Source: Leptospiraceae bacterium (GTDB taxonomy: Bacteria; Spirochaetota; Leptospiria; Leptospirales; Leptospiraceae). From it: 64,000 nucleotides of DNA. Both the position numbers and the translations under genes were made by a program. Numbering within the stretch: the first letter of the stretch is position 1; each line of letters begins with the position of its first letter. The stretch spans positions 64,001 to 128,000 of the forward strand of contig JADJFV010000035.1 of assembly GCA_016708435.1 (NCBI GenBank). The letters are read 5' to 3'. Under the pieces are notes generated by a model. It saw nothing but the letters and a program-made list of their open reading frames with translations, was not told the origin of the DNA and did not search any database. Below are positions 38,690 through 49,145 of this stretch, piece by piece.

Positions 38690-40816
38690 ATGAAATTAAC
38701 GTTACGATTATTTCTATTCCTTGTAATTTTACTTGGTTTATTTTGCGAGAAGAAACAAGATAAAGCCGCTTTTAATGAACGAGAATCCAAAGGAAAAATG
38801 GATTTAACGAATTGGGATTTTGGGAAGCAAGGCTACAAGAAATTAGATGGTGAGTGGAGGTTTTATTGGAAGGAACTCAGACCACCAGAAGATGCTATGC
38901 TTGAAGTAACTTCTGATCATTATTCGACAATTAAAGTCCCAGGCTCTTGGAATGATTTTATGGTAGACGGTAAAAAAGTGGGCGGCTCGGGCTTTGCTAC
39001 CTATGCGCTTTATCTACATTTGCCTCCATCGTTAAAAGGAAAAATACTTACACTCAAAATTCCGCATATGGGAACGGCTTATAGACTTTTTGTGGATAAC
39101 GAGCTATTAGCCGAAAATGGAGTAGTTGGAAAATCCTACGAAGATATGAAACCTCAATATCTAAGTTTGACTCGTAGTTTTATTGTTAGCAGTGAATCTG
39201 TGTTAATCACCATCCATGTTTCCAATTTTCATCATAGGAAAGGAGGAATTCGTTTTGACTCGCTTTATTTAGGAAAAGAAGAACAACTCCAGGCTTTACA
39301 GGCAAGCAATACAATTTATATTTTTTTCTTAATGGGAAGCTTGGTCATAATGGCGATTTACCATTTTGGTTTATTTTTCTTACGAAAAGAAGATATTGCC
39401 GCCCTTGTGTTTGGAATCTTTTGCTTTCTAGTTTCTATTCGTTTATTCTTTATTGGCGATGTGTGGATAACGTCTATTTATCCCACTTTAGATTGGTATT
39501 GGATGTATCGGTTTGAATATCTTTCTTTGTATTTTTCTGCGCCCACATTTACCTTATTCACTTTCTATGTATTTCGAAGTGAGTTCAATAAAAAGGTTTT
39601 GTATTTGACGCTTCCAATTTATATTTCGTTATCTGCTTTAGTTTTATTTTCAAAGCCCAGTGTTTTTTCTCTAAGTCTTAATTTCTTTCAAGGAATTGCA
39701 GTTTTAAATTCTCTGTATATTCTTTTTGTTATTATTCTTGCCATTATTCGGGCAAAGGAAGGTGCGATTGCTGCACTTATAGGTTTTGTTTTATTTGTAT
39801 TTACAATTATAAATGATTTGCTTTATAATAATGAAATCATTCTAACGGGTTACGGTAATTTGCTTCCACTTGGAGTATTTCTCTTTATATTTTCTCAATC
39901 TTTTATTCTATCTCAAATCTTTTCTAATGCGTTTAAATCAATTAAAACTCTTTCGAAGAACCTAAGCCAAACAAATGAGGCATATGGTCGTTTTGTGCCA
40001 GTTGAATTTTTGAAGTATCTTAATAAAAAAAGCATTGTGGATATTCAACTAGGCGATCAGATGCAAAAAGAAATGGCGATTCTATTTTCAGATATTCGTT
40101 CCTTTACAGATTTAAGTGAGAAACTTACTCCACGAGAAAATTTCAACTTTTTAAATTCTTATTTGAAGCGGATGAGTCCTATTATCCAGAAAAACAATGG
40201 CTTCATTGATAAATACATTGGAGATGCGATCATGGCTTTGTTTCCAGGAGAAGTAGAAGAGTCCATTCAAGCTGCGATTGAAATGCAAAAGGAAGTTCGT
40301 GTTTACAATCAACATAGACTAAAGGAAGGATATGATCCAATTAAAATTGGTTGTGGAATTCACACTGGAAATTTGATGCTTGGAATTATTGGAGCAGATG
40401 CTAGAATGGAAGGAACGGTGATTGCTGATTCGGTAAATGTTGCTTCTAGAATTGAAGGACTTACAAAAGTGTATGACGCATCTATTTTGATTAGCGATGT
40501 GATTCTTAAAAAGCTAAAAGACCCTTCCATTTTTCATTACAGATACATTGACAAAGTAAAAGTTAAAGGCAAAACAGAATATACCGTTATCTATGAAATC
40601 TATGATGGGCAGCCTAATTTTATGATTGAGTTGAAAACCCAAACTAAAGAATTCTTTGAAGAGGGAATTACATTATACTATGAAAAGAATTTTAAAGATG
40701 CCATTCCTGCTTTCTTACGGGTAATGGATATTAACCCAAATGATGTAGCTTGTGCCATTTATTTAAAGCGAGCAAAGTATTATCTGGAAAATGGAATTGT
40801 AGAATTCTTGGAGTGA
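38690..40816 (+). CDS. Class III adenylate/guanylate cyclase with a 7TMR-DISM extracellular domain and 7TM region
   Basis: The CYC domain has AILFSDIRSFTDLSE...FIDKYIGDAIMALFPG. The N-terminal sensor module is paralogous to the HK at 12759 (WRFYWKELRP...HHRKGGIRF). Confidence 0.8.
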   Translation: MKLTLRLFLFLVILLGLFCEKKQDKAAFNERESKGKMDLTNWDFGKQGYKKLDGEWRFYWKELRPPEDAMLEVTSDHYSTIKVPGSWNDFMVDGKKVGGSGFATYALYLHLPPSLKGKILTLKIPHMGTAYRLFVDNELLAENGVVGKSYEDMKPQYLSLTRSFIVSSESVLITIHVSNFHHRKGGIRFDSLYLGKEEQLQALQASNTIYIFFLMGSLVIMAIYHFGLFFLRKEDIAALVFGIFCFLVSIRLFFIGDVWITSIYPTLDWYWMYRFEYLSLYFSAPTFTLFTFYVFRSEFNKKVLYLTLPIYISLSALVLFSKPSVFSLSLNFFQGIAVLNSLYILFVIILAIIRAKEGAIAALIGFVLFVFTIINDLLYNNEIILTGYGNLLPLGVFLFIFSQSFILSQIFSNAFKSIKTLSKNLSQTNEAYGRFVPVEFLKYLNKKSIVDIQLGDQMQKEMAILFSDIRSFTDLSEKLTPRENFNFLNSYLKRMSPIIQKNNGFIDKYIGDAIMALFPGEVEESIQAAIEMQKEVRVYNQHRLKEGYDPIKIGCGIHTGNLMLGIIGADARMEGTVIADSVNVASRIEGLTKVYDASILISDVILKKLKDPSIFHYRYIDKVKVKGKTEYTVIYEIYDGQPNFMIELKTQTKEFFEEGITLYYEKNFKDAIPAFLRVMDINPNDVACAIYLKRAKYYLENGIVEFLE

Positions 40817-41082
40817 TTTTTTAAGATTACCACCGATGGACACCGATAAAAGAACGATAAAAAAAAGATATGGATTCAAATTAAATTTTCATTATTAAAG
40901 ACCAATTGTATTCTTTAAAGGTGTTTATTCGCGGTAAAACCATTTTATGTCGCAGTATATGTCTTGACATCAACAATTAATTTCACATACTTGGAATATA
41001 CTCCTTCAACTCTTAAGATCAAATTACCTGATCAGATAGCAAAGAATTCAATGTGAGGATAACTCACAGGGAAAAGCATTTC

Positions 41083-43365
41083 ATGCAAAAATCAAACGAT
41101 ATCCGCAAGGTAGCATTCCTTGGGGATTATCTCCCGCGTAAATGCGGTATAGCCACATTTACCAACGACCTTCGCACTGCCGTTTCACAAGAGTTTAAAT
41201 CCATGCAATGCTTAGTCGTTCCAGTGAACGATATAGAGAGTAATTATGATTATCCGACAGAAGTTCGTTTTGAAATTGCAGAGCAAGATATACCTTCCTA
41301 TCTTCGTGCAGCCGATTTCTTAAATATAACAAATGTAGATGTATTATGCGTGCAACATGAGTTTGGGATATACGGTGGTTTGGCGGGAAGTCATGTGCTT
41401 GCACTTCTACATGAACTACGAATGCCGATAGTTACAACACTTCATACAATACTTAGAGAACCTAATGTAGAGCAAAGACGCGTTATGCGCGAATTGATTC
41501 GGTTATCCACTCGACTAGTAGTCATGACAGAAAAAGGGAAAGAATTTCTCTTAGATATTTATCAAGTGCCTGAAAAGAAAATAGACTTAATACCACACGG
41601 AATTCCTGACATGCCTTTCGCAGATCCGAACTATTTCAAGGATGAATTCGGCGTTGCTGGCAAACAGGTATTACTCACATTCGGACTTTTATCTCCCAAT
41701 AAAGGAATTGAGTTTGCATTAAGGGCACTTCCTCGAATTGTAAAAGATTTTCCGAACATTGTATTCATTGTAGTGGGACAGACGCACCCCAATTTACTTC
41801 GTAATGAAGGAGAACTATACCGGTTAAGTCTTGAGAGGCTTGCAAAAGATTTGGGAGTGCAAAAGCATGTAGTCTTCTTCAATCGGTTTGTAGAACAAGG
41901 CGAACTCATGCGATTTATTGGTGCTGCAGATATATATTTAACTCCGTATCTTACTGAAACGCAAATCACATCCGGGACTCTGGCTTATGCATTCGGAGCG
42001 GGTAATGCTGTTATATCTACACCTTACTGGCATGCAAAGGAATTATTAGCCAACAACCGAGGAAAACTTATTCCATTTCAAGATGCTGGATCAATTGCAG
42101 ATGCAGTGATTGATTTGTTGCATGATGAATCATTTCGTCATTCTCTTCGTAAGAATGCATTTCAAATAGGAAGAGAAATGACTTGGAGTAATGTGGCAAT
42201 AAACTATGTAAAATCTTTTTATCAGGCAGGTCAAGATCATAGTTTTGTTGGACGAAAGTCTTCTCCGATTAAAACGCTAGATGAACAACCGGACCAATTA
42301 CCTGCTTTGAAATTTGATCATCTATTGCGACTTACTGATTCAACTGGAATTTTTCAACATGCTAGTTTTACCGTTCCAAATTTTACAGAAGGATATTGCA
42401 CGGATGATAATGCAAGGGCGTTGCTACTTACATTAATGCTTAGAAAATCAGGCAATAGTATTTATCGGATAAATGAATTAGCCGCTACTTATTCTGCTTT
42501 TTTAAATTATGCCTTTAATCGACAGAATCATCGGTTCCGAAATTTTATGAGCTTTGATAGACGTTGGTTAGAAGAGGTAGGCTCGGAGGACTGTCATGGT
42601 CATGCTCTTTGGGCATTAGGTTATTGTGTTGGCAGTGCGGATAATGGAAGTTTATCTATGCTTGCTGCTGAACTATTTGAGAAGGCACTTCCTGTTGCTG
42701 CTGATTTTTCTTCACCACGTGCTTGGGCATTGACATTAATTGGAGTTGATCATTATTTACAGAGGCTAAGCGGAGATAGACGTGCAAGCCATATCCAAGA
42801 ATCTTTAGTTGCTAAATTATTGCAGCGTTATGCAGATGCATCAAGTGAAGATTGGCAATGGTTTGAAAATGGACTTTCTTACGCCAATGCAAAGCTTTCT
42901 CATGCATTAATCTTGAGCGGCAAACGAACGAATAACCACACAGCACTCGCTATTGGTCTTAAAACATTGCGCTGGCTTGTAAAATTACAAACATCAGAAG
43001 CGGGATCCTTTAGACCTGTAGGATCGAATGGATTTTTTCAGAAGGGAGGGGAAAGAGCAATCTTTGATCAGCAACCAATTGAAGCACAAGCTATGGTATC
43101 CGCTTGTATTGAGGCTTACTATGCGACAGGCGACATGTCTTGGGCGGTGGAAGCACGGAGAGCATTCGAATGGTTCTTAGGAAGAAACGATTTAGGATTG
43201 GCAATGTATGATTCAAACAGTGGTGGTTGCAGAGATGGACTTCATATAGATCGCGTAAGTCAAAATGAAGGATGTGAGTCTACTCTGGCATTTCTCTTGG
43301 CACTTTCAGAAATGCAAACATTGCAAAGCACTCTCATTAGTTTTAAAGATCCGGCAGGAGAATAA
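41083..43365 (+). CDS. GT4-family glycosyltransferase fused to a C-terminal (alpha/alpha)6-barrel glycoside-hydrolase-like domain
   Basis: The N-terminal ~390 aa are GT-B fold GT4 (VVGQTHPN...; E-x7-E region). The C-terminal ~370 aa have YCTDDNARALL and WALGYCVG, typical of six-hairpin glycosidases. Confidence 0.6.
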   Translation: MQKSNDIRKVAFLGDYLPRKCGIATFTNDLRTAVSQEFKSMQCLVVPVNDIESNYDYPTEVRFEIAEQDIPSYLRAADFLNITNVDVLCVQHEFGIYGGLAGSHVLALLHELRMPIVTTLHTILREPNVEQRRVMRELIRLSTRLVVMTEKGKEFLLDIYQVPEKKIDLIPHGIPDMPFADPNYFKDEFGVAGKQVLLTFGLLSPNKGIEFALRALPRIVKDFPNIVFIVVGQTHPNLLRNEGELYRLSLERLAKDLGVQKHVVFFNRFVEQGELMRFIGAADIYLTPYLTETQITSGTLAYAFGAGNAVISTPYWHAKELLANNRGKLIPFQDAGSIADAVIDLLHDESFRHSLRKNAFQIGREMTWSNVAINYVKSFYQAGQDHSFVGRKSSPIKTLDEQPDQLPALKFDHLLRLTDSTGIFQHASFTVPNFTEGYCTDDNARALLLTLMLRKSGNSIYRINELAATYSAFLNYAFNRQNHRFRNFMSFDRRWLEEVGSEDCHGHALWALGYCVGSADNGSLSMLAAELFEKALPVAADFSSPRAWALTLIGVDHYLQRLSGDRRASHIQESLVAKLLQRYADASSEDWQWFENGLSYANAKLSHALILSGKRTNNHTALAIGLKTLRWLVKLQTSEAGSFRPVGSNGFFQKGGERAIFDQQPIEAQAMVSACIEAYYATGDMSWAVEARRAFEWFLGRNDLGLAMYDSNSGGCRDGLHIDRVSQNEGCESTLAFLLALSEMQTLQSTLISFKDPAGE

Positions 43366-43367
43366 AT

Positions 43368-44870
43368 ATGGAAAAAGAAAAACAATCAAAAGAAATCGAT
43401 ATTTCGGCAAAGAAAATAAAGGCAGTTCATGCAAAGAGAATTGGACCTACTCTTACACCGGATCGTTCCAGAGTGCTCATGCGTCCTTTTTTTCCCGTGA
43501 AAAAAGAAATCGCGAGACGAATAGTGTCTCAAGTAATGACTCTATCTGATTTTGAAGTAGCGGATTTACTGAAGCAGGTATTGGGTGAATTTGAAAATAG
43601 GCATGAGAATGTAGAGCTAATCTTTAAAAACCGCTACTTACAAGTTCATAAATTCATCGGTGATCTAGAAGATACTTCTATTGAGCGGCAAACACTAATT
43701 GGCTCTTACTTCTCACATGAATATTCTCCTGAGTCTGCTGCTTTGTTCAATCCTTCCATCGTGCTTCATCCCGATCAGACGGAACTTCCTTCTGGCTCTA
43801 TCCGCTTTATATTAAGTCTTCGGGCTACAGGAGAAGGACATATTTCTTCCATTACGTTTCGAACAGGGAATGTGAACGCAAAACATAGAGTTACCCTCAC
43901 ACCATCTGTTCCATTTGTAGTAGAGCCAAAACCAATTAATAACTTAGTTTATGAGAAGGGGCTATTTACTCGTAAACTCCAAGAAGCAGGACTGCATAAT
44001 TCATTTTGTAAACAAGTATTAGAGCAATTGCAGAATGAGTTTGTTCTACATGATTTAAGAAGAGTTCTCGAAGCGGAGAGGGGCAAGATGGGATCCTTTG
44101 ATGTAATTACTGATCGTGCAGCTCATGGTATATTGCTATTAGCCGAATCAAACTTTGAAGTAGAATTTAATGTAAATAGTCAGACTTCCCAGAGAGTATT
44201 ATTTCCATCTGTTCCCAGTCAAAGCAATGGAATTGAAGATGCGAGATTTGTTCGTTTCGAAGAAGATGATCACAGTTTTACATACTATGCAACCTATACA
44301 GCGTATGACGGCAAAATAACATTACCCCAAATGCTAGAGACTAAAGACTTTGTGCATTTTAAATTTCTAACACTTAACGGTCCTGCCGTGCAAAATAAGG
44401 GAATGGCTTTATTTCCTAAAAAGATAAGTGGAGCTTACGCAATGTTATCCCGCCAGGATGATGAAAATATATTACTGATGTATTCAGACAATATTCACTT
44501 CTGGCAAACACCTACTTTACTTTTAAAGCCAAAAGAGCCCTGGGAATTTGTAAAAATTGGAACTTGTGGTTCTCCCATTGAAACGGATGCTGGTTGGTTA
44601 GTATTAAGTCATGGAGTAGGACCTATGCGTAGATATTGTCTTGGTGCATTTCTCTTGGACTTAAAAGATCCTTCGCGGGTAATTGGTCGTTTGCGTGAGC
44701 CACTCCTTGTGCCGAATGAAGCAGAGAGAGAAGGCTATGTTCCAAACGTTGTATATACTTGCGGAGCACTATTGCATGAACATGAACTGATAATTCCCTA
44801 CGCGATGAGTGATTATGGAACTAGCTTTGCCTCAGTAGGTCTCGATGAGTTATTAGAGTCGATGGAATAG
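43368..44870 (+). CDS. GH130-family glycoside phosphorylase-like protein (DUF377/PF04041)
   Basis: FNPSIVLH, GIEDARFVRF...YYATYTAYDG, and YCLGAFLLDLKDPSRVIGRLREPLLVPNEAEREGYVPNVVYTCGAL all match GH130 patterns. Confidence 0.65.
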   Translation: MEKEKQSKEIDISAKKIKAVHAKRIGPTLTPDRSRVLMRPFFPVKKEIARRIVSQVMTLSDFEVADLLKQVLGEFENRHENVELIFKNRYLQVHKFIGDLEDTSIERQTLIGSYFSHEYSPESAALFNPSIVLHPDQTELPSGSIRFILSLRATGEGHISSITFRTGNVNAKHRVTLTPSVPFVVEPKPINNLVYEKGLFTRKLQEAGLHNSFCKQVLEQLQNEFVLHDLRRVLEAERGKMGSFDVITDRAAHGILLLAESNFEVEFNVNSQTSQRVLFPSVPSQSNGIEDARFVRFEEDDHSFTYYATYTAYDGKITLPQMLETKDFVHFKFLTLNGPAVQNKGMALFPKKISGAYAMLSRQDDENILLMYSDNIHFWQTPTLLLKPKEPWEFVKIGTCGSPIETDAGWLVLSHGVGPMRRYCLGAFLLDLKDPSRVIGRLREPLLVPNEAEREGYVPNVVYTCGALLHEHELIIPYAMSDYGTSFASVGLDELLESME

Positions 44871-45098
44871 TCAGGATTGATTTAATAGATCAATATAATG
44901 TTTTATTTGTGTTTGTGTCCAGCGGAGTTGATCAATTAAGTGGAGGATAATAGGGATTGACTCATCGTTCGCTCCGAATTCTTGTTTTAAATCTTGTATC
45001 AGTAATATTCTATCGAGGTCTTCTTTGTCTAAAGTTTTTTTCAGTATCAATTGGGATAATCCAATCCCTTTCGATACAATCATGAATAAAGAATTCAT
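44871..45098 (-). CDS. cbpM: CbpM-like chaperone modulator (MerR-like)
   Basis: A 75-aa ORF lies immediately downstream of the cbpA-like DnaJ gene. IPIILHLIDQLRWTQTQIKHY resembles the CbpM C-terminus. Confidence 0.45.
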   Translation of the reverse strand: MNSLFMIVSKGIGLSQLILKKTLDKEDLDRILLIQDLKQEFGANDESIPIILHLIDQLRWTQTQIKHYIDLLNQS

Positions 45099-45130
45099 TT
45101 ATTCCATACAATTCAATAATTTCGGTGATT

Positions 45131-46039
45131 TCATATACCATGATCTTCGCTCCGCGCTCTAGGATTATAGGGATTTTTTTTAGTCCACGTTTTTATAAAT
45201 TCTTTGAATTCAGAATCCATATGTTCCGGAAGGGTTATCTTAATAATTACAATTTGGTCTCCACGCGTTTTGCCTTTTATCGGCATTCCTTTTTCCTTTA
45301 TGCGAAGTTTTGTTCCAGTGTTAACGTTAGGCGGAATTGTCATCATAATTGTTCCATCTATCGTTGGAATTTTGATTGTCGCTCCATTGACTGCTTCGTC
45401 TAGACTAATTGGAATTTCAACTTCTAAATTGCTTTCATTTATTTTAAAAATAGAAGAAGGTCTTATATTTATTTCAATGTAGGCATCACCGGGTTGACCT
45501 TTTCCTATTCCCTGACCACCCTGATTTTTAATTCGTAATTTTTCTTTATTTTCAATGCCCGCTGGGATTTTTATTTTTAATCTCTTTCCAGCACCAAGAG
45601 TAACTTCTTTTTCTATACCATGTATCGCATCTTTTAGGTCAATCTCAAGGCTAAATAGATGATCTTTTCCTGGTAAATCTGCATTACCCGCACCTCTACC
45701 AGAAAAGAAAGTCTTGAAGAGGTCATCTGCATCTCCATCAAAATGATAGGCATACCGTCCACCATCTTCTTGATAATCATTGGAATAGGTTCTAGCTTTC
45801 TTCGATGATTCTGTAAATTGTTCATCGTGAATGCCTTTCTCAAATTTTTCACGGGCTTCTTTATTTTCAATTTGCTTGAAAGCTACGCTGATTTCTTTGA
45901 ATTTTGGCTCCATGTCCTTGTTATTTGGATTTAAGTCAGGATGGAATTTTTTGGCTAGTGCTCTATAGGCTTTTTTGATTTCTTCATCTGTTGCGTTTTT
46001 CTTTACACCAAGGATTTCGTATGGATCTTTCATAATCAA
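45131..46039 (-). CDS. cbpA: DnaJ-family curved-DNA-binding protein CbpA-type (J-domain, no Zn finger)
   Basis: The J-domain is [34 protein letters not shown] DnaJ_C beta-domain follows and no CxxCxGxG repeats are present. 302 aa. Confidence 0.75.
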   Translation of the reverse strand: MIMKDPYEILGVKKNATDEEIKKAYRALAKKFHPDLNPNNKDMEPKFKEISVAFKQIENKEAREKFEKGIHDEQFTESSKKARTYSNDYQEDGGRYAYHFDGDADDLFKTFFSGRGAGNADLPGKDHLFSLEIDLKDAIHGIEKEVTLGAGKRLKIKIPAGIENKEKLRIKNQGGQGIGKGQPGDAYIEINIRPSSIFKINESNLEVEIPISLDEAVNGATIKIPTIDGTIMMTIPPNVNTGTKLRIKEKGMPIKGKTRGDQIVIIKITLPEHMDSEFKEFIKTWTKKNPYNPRARSEDHGI

Positions 46040-46142
46040 TTGCCATTTATGAATGTAAAGAATTTTGGATAGAGTGATTTAATAGTCATTAAATACATAC
46101 GACTAGTAAATCAAAAAAGGTTTTCTTTGCCTATTACTTTTT

Positions 46143-49028
46143 TTAAAAACTCGCTTGAAAGTCAACCATCACTCTTCTACCTTCTCGGATATAATCGAAG
46201 GGATAATCTGCTCTACGCGCTAACGTTTGGTGTGAATTGAATAAGTTGGTTACGTAAAGACCTAGCTGCATACTTTCTGCGAATTTGTAGGATACTCGAA
46301 AGTTGACGCTAATCCATGCTGGGACATTCTTCGGACGGTATTGGGGAAAAGAGTAAGGATTGCTATTTGTATTACTTGTGTTGTATCCTGTGAGCGGATC
46401 TATTGGACCTTGGTCATTGGTTCGTCTGTATACTGCACCCTGTCTCTGGAGGCTAATAGAGCCTATCCACTTTTCCCATGTTGAGGATATACCAGCATTA
46501 GCCGTATATCCAGGTGAGTTTTTAATTTCGTTTGGATGTTTTGAAATTGTAGCATCTAAATTATTATCCAAAAACCGATAGAATCTAGAATAATTAACGA
46601 AGGTTGAAAAATATTTAAATGAAGTTAGAAGCTCTGTTTCAATTCCTCTTGTCCCAAGTGTATAAGCATTCACGATTGAATTACTCGTTCCGCTGTAATC
46701 AATTGCGTTTTCAAACCTTGTATTAAATCCATTGATGCGCAAATTGAAATTGGAATTAATCGTCCAATCCATTGCAATCTCACTAGTCTTAATTACCTCT
46801 GGGCTAATTTTTCTAGGATTATTCGAACCTCCCACATAAGTATTGACACCGAATAATTCCCCAGCCGATGGCTCTCTGAATGCTCTTCCTATCATCGCTT
46901 TAAATGTAAGTCTATCCGAAAAAAAATAAACAATCCCACCGCGTGGACTTGTTCTGCGGTAAGTCTTATGCTCGTTAGGCACAAACGGTGCACTTAAGTA
47001 TTGGCTGGGAATATTATAAGTGGTTGATTCTTGTGTGTTGGGGTCAGTTACTGTTATCCCCGGAATGCCAATCCAATTTTTATATGGCTCATCTATCCCT
47101 CGAAATTTAATAGATGTTTCATCATAACGGATACCGGCTGTAAACTCCACTTTATTGTTAAAGAGTTTACCACTCGTTAGCTGCGCAAAAGGAGCTATTT
47201 TTAGAATAGGACGATTTTGTATCCACTCCATGGAAGGGTTTAGAGGAAGAAATGCTCCGCTTGGGTTTGTGTTCTGGTCTCCTAGGATATTCATATTTAT
47301 ATTGCTATTATGGCTAATGTCTCCGTTATAAGAAAGTCGATTTCCTTCTACTCCTGCAACAAATGTTCCTCCGTTGGAAAGTAAATAGGTCAATTGTGCG
47401 CGCAAGAATAGATTCTCTATTTTTGATTTTAGATTTTCGGTTACACCGGACGGATAATCAGGACTATTCGGTAGTGCCCTGTAGTTATAATCCCAGTATC
47501 CGTTATTGTAGCGCATAACGTATTCTTGGCTTAATTTATCTGAAATATTCTTGGAATACTTTGCAGTGAATACATCTCTATATTCAGTTTGTCTGTCTTT
47601 TATATCAGGGACATTCTGCAACCAACCATCGAATGCTTGGTAATTCCATTTCTGTCTATGGTATTGAAAAGATAATCCTTTTAAATCACCTTCCCCTTCC
47701 AACTTTGTGAACAGGTAATAACTATTACGCTCATCTCGGTGTTGAAATTTTTGCAAAAACCCAAATGCATCTTTTCTTCCTGAGCCGTCATAGTTTGTAT
47801 AATTATTTCCATCTGTTTCATAGGAATTATAACTAACCACATGAGAAAACATTTTTCCTTTATTGCCAGTAATTAAATCATAAATTCGAGTTCCATAGTC
47901 TCCCATTCTGGCTCTAAGTTTTAAAGCTCCGTTTAAATCAGAGCCGGAAAATGTATTCAGAGATATAACGCCGTTAGTCGCATTGGAACCATAAAGTGCA
48001 GATCCAGGTCCCCGAATAACTTCTAGAGATTTAATCATATTTAGAGGAGTAATTTCCCAGGTAAGAGCTGTCCCATAAAATAAATCGTTATGTTGAACTC
48101 CATCAACAAGCATAAGCAAATGATTGTTATTCCAACCTTCATACATACCCCTTGATGAAACAGTTCTACGATCGTTTACTTGAGAAGGGGCAAAGCCCGG
48201 TAGCTGGAAGAGAATATCATTAATAGAAACCCTTCCATAATCTCTGATCTCTTTATCAGAAATTACAGATACAATATTGGGTGCTTCATTTGTTTTCTTT
48301 GCAATCTTAGTAGCGGATACTGTTACTTGTCCCTGTAATAAATCGAATACTTCTGTGGCTGCTTGCTCTGCGGCTTTTTCATTTGTCTGCAAGTATGGTT
48401 TTAGTTTTTCGGATAAGCGAGAAGAGGATGCGTATTGTTCTAAATTGCTGGGATTTTTTTTCTTATTTGGATTGGACCTGAGGATAAGAGATGTTTTGTT
48501 TGCTAATTTCTCTACGATAGACTGATCGCTTTCTTTTAATTCCTCTTTATCTAATTGTAATCCTTCTGATTGATAAATTTCATCGGTGATACTGTAAGCA
48601 TCTATCATTTGTCCGCTCTCGGGGTCATATACTTGGATGTATAAATTTAAGTTTGAGTCAGAGTTTTTTTTATTGTAAAATCCTTCGAGGAGAAAACGCG
48701 CATTAGCCTGCTTTGCCTCCGTTAGTCTTTCTGATGTAGTAGATTTAGTTGAATCAACTGGATTCAAACCTGACCCTTGAATTTTTTTGTTTAGTGTAGA
48801 TTGAATTTCTTTCTCTATATTTGAGTTTCGATCTGATTCATGAGGTTGAAAATTTCCAATATACACTGTCTTTGATGGAGTAACCTGCTGGGCATGAAGA
48901 ACTATCGAGTTAAAAAAAATAAGCCCGAGCAAATACAGAGCTAATCTTAATTTACCAATAGAATAGTGAACTGATGAGGAATATACAGTTTTCAAGGTTT
49001 TCTCCCATTGCAGGTTTGCGAATTGCAA
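46143..49028 (-). CDS. TonB-dependent outer-membrane receptor
   Basis: It has a signal peptide, a plug domain, a ~700-aa beta-barrel and a terminal aromatic residue (..FQASF). Confidence 0.75.
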   Translation of the reverse strand: MQFANLQWEKTLKTVYSSSVHYSIGKLRLALYLLGLIFFNSIVLHAQQVTPSKTVYIGNFQPHESDRNSNIEKEIQSTLNKKIQGSGLNPVDSTKSTTSERLTEAKQANARFLLEGFYNKKNSDSNLNLYIQVYDPESGQMIDAYSITDEIYQSEGLQLDKEELKESDQSIVEKLANKTSLILRSNPNKKKNPSNLEQYASSSRLSEKLKPYLQTNEKAAEQAATEVFDLLQGQVTVSATKIAKKTNEAPNIVSVISDKEIRDYGRVSINDILFQLPGFAPSQVNDRRTVSSRGMYEGWNNNHLLMLVDGVQHNDLFYGTALTWEITPLNMIKSLEVIRGPGSALYGSNATNGVISLNTFSGSDLNGALKLRARMGDYGTRIYDLITGNKGKMFSHVVSYNSYETDGNNYTNYDGSGRKDAFGFLQKFQHRDERNSYYLFTKLEGEGDLKGLSFQYHRQKWNYQAFDGWLQNVPDIKDRQTEYRDVFTAKYSKNISDKLSQEYVMRYNNGYWDYNYRALPNSPDYPSGVTENLKSKIENLFLRAQLTYLLSNGGTFVAGVEGNRLSYNGDISHNSNINMNILGDQNTNPSGAFLPLNPSMEWIQNRPILKIAPFAQLTSGKLFNNKVEFTAGIRYDETSIKFRGIDEPYKNWIGIPGITVTDPNTQESTTYNIPSQYLSAPFVPNEHKTYRRTSPRGGIVYFFSDRLTFKAMIGRAFREPSAGELFGVNTYVGGSNNPRKISPEVIKTSEIAMDWTINSNFNLRINGFNTRFENAIDYSGTSNSIVNAYTLGTRGIETELLTSFKYFSTFVNYSRFYRFLDNNLDATISKHPNEIKNSPGYTANAGISSTWEKWIGSISLQRQGAVYRRTNDQGPIDPLTGYNTSNTNSNPYSFPQYRPKNVPAWISVNFRVSYKFAESMQLGLYVTNLFNSHQTLARRADYPFDYIREGRRVMVDFQASF

Positions 49029-49145
49029 CTCTACTTCTAAAAGAATTCTTGTAAAGGAAAAACTATTTTTTTATTATGAATATTGAGGTTATTCTGAATA
49101 CAACTACATTCCAATATCTTTACATTCAAAATTTCTAATTTAAAA

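Noticed and set aside
45125-45482. Plus-strand ORFs overlapping cbpA
   Set aside because: They are antisense shadows of the well-supported DnaJ-family gene.
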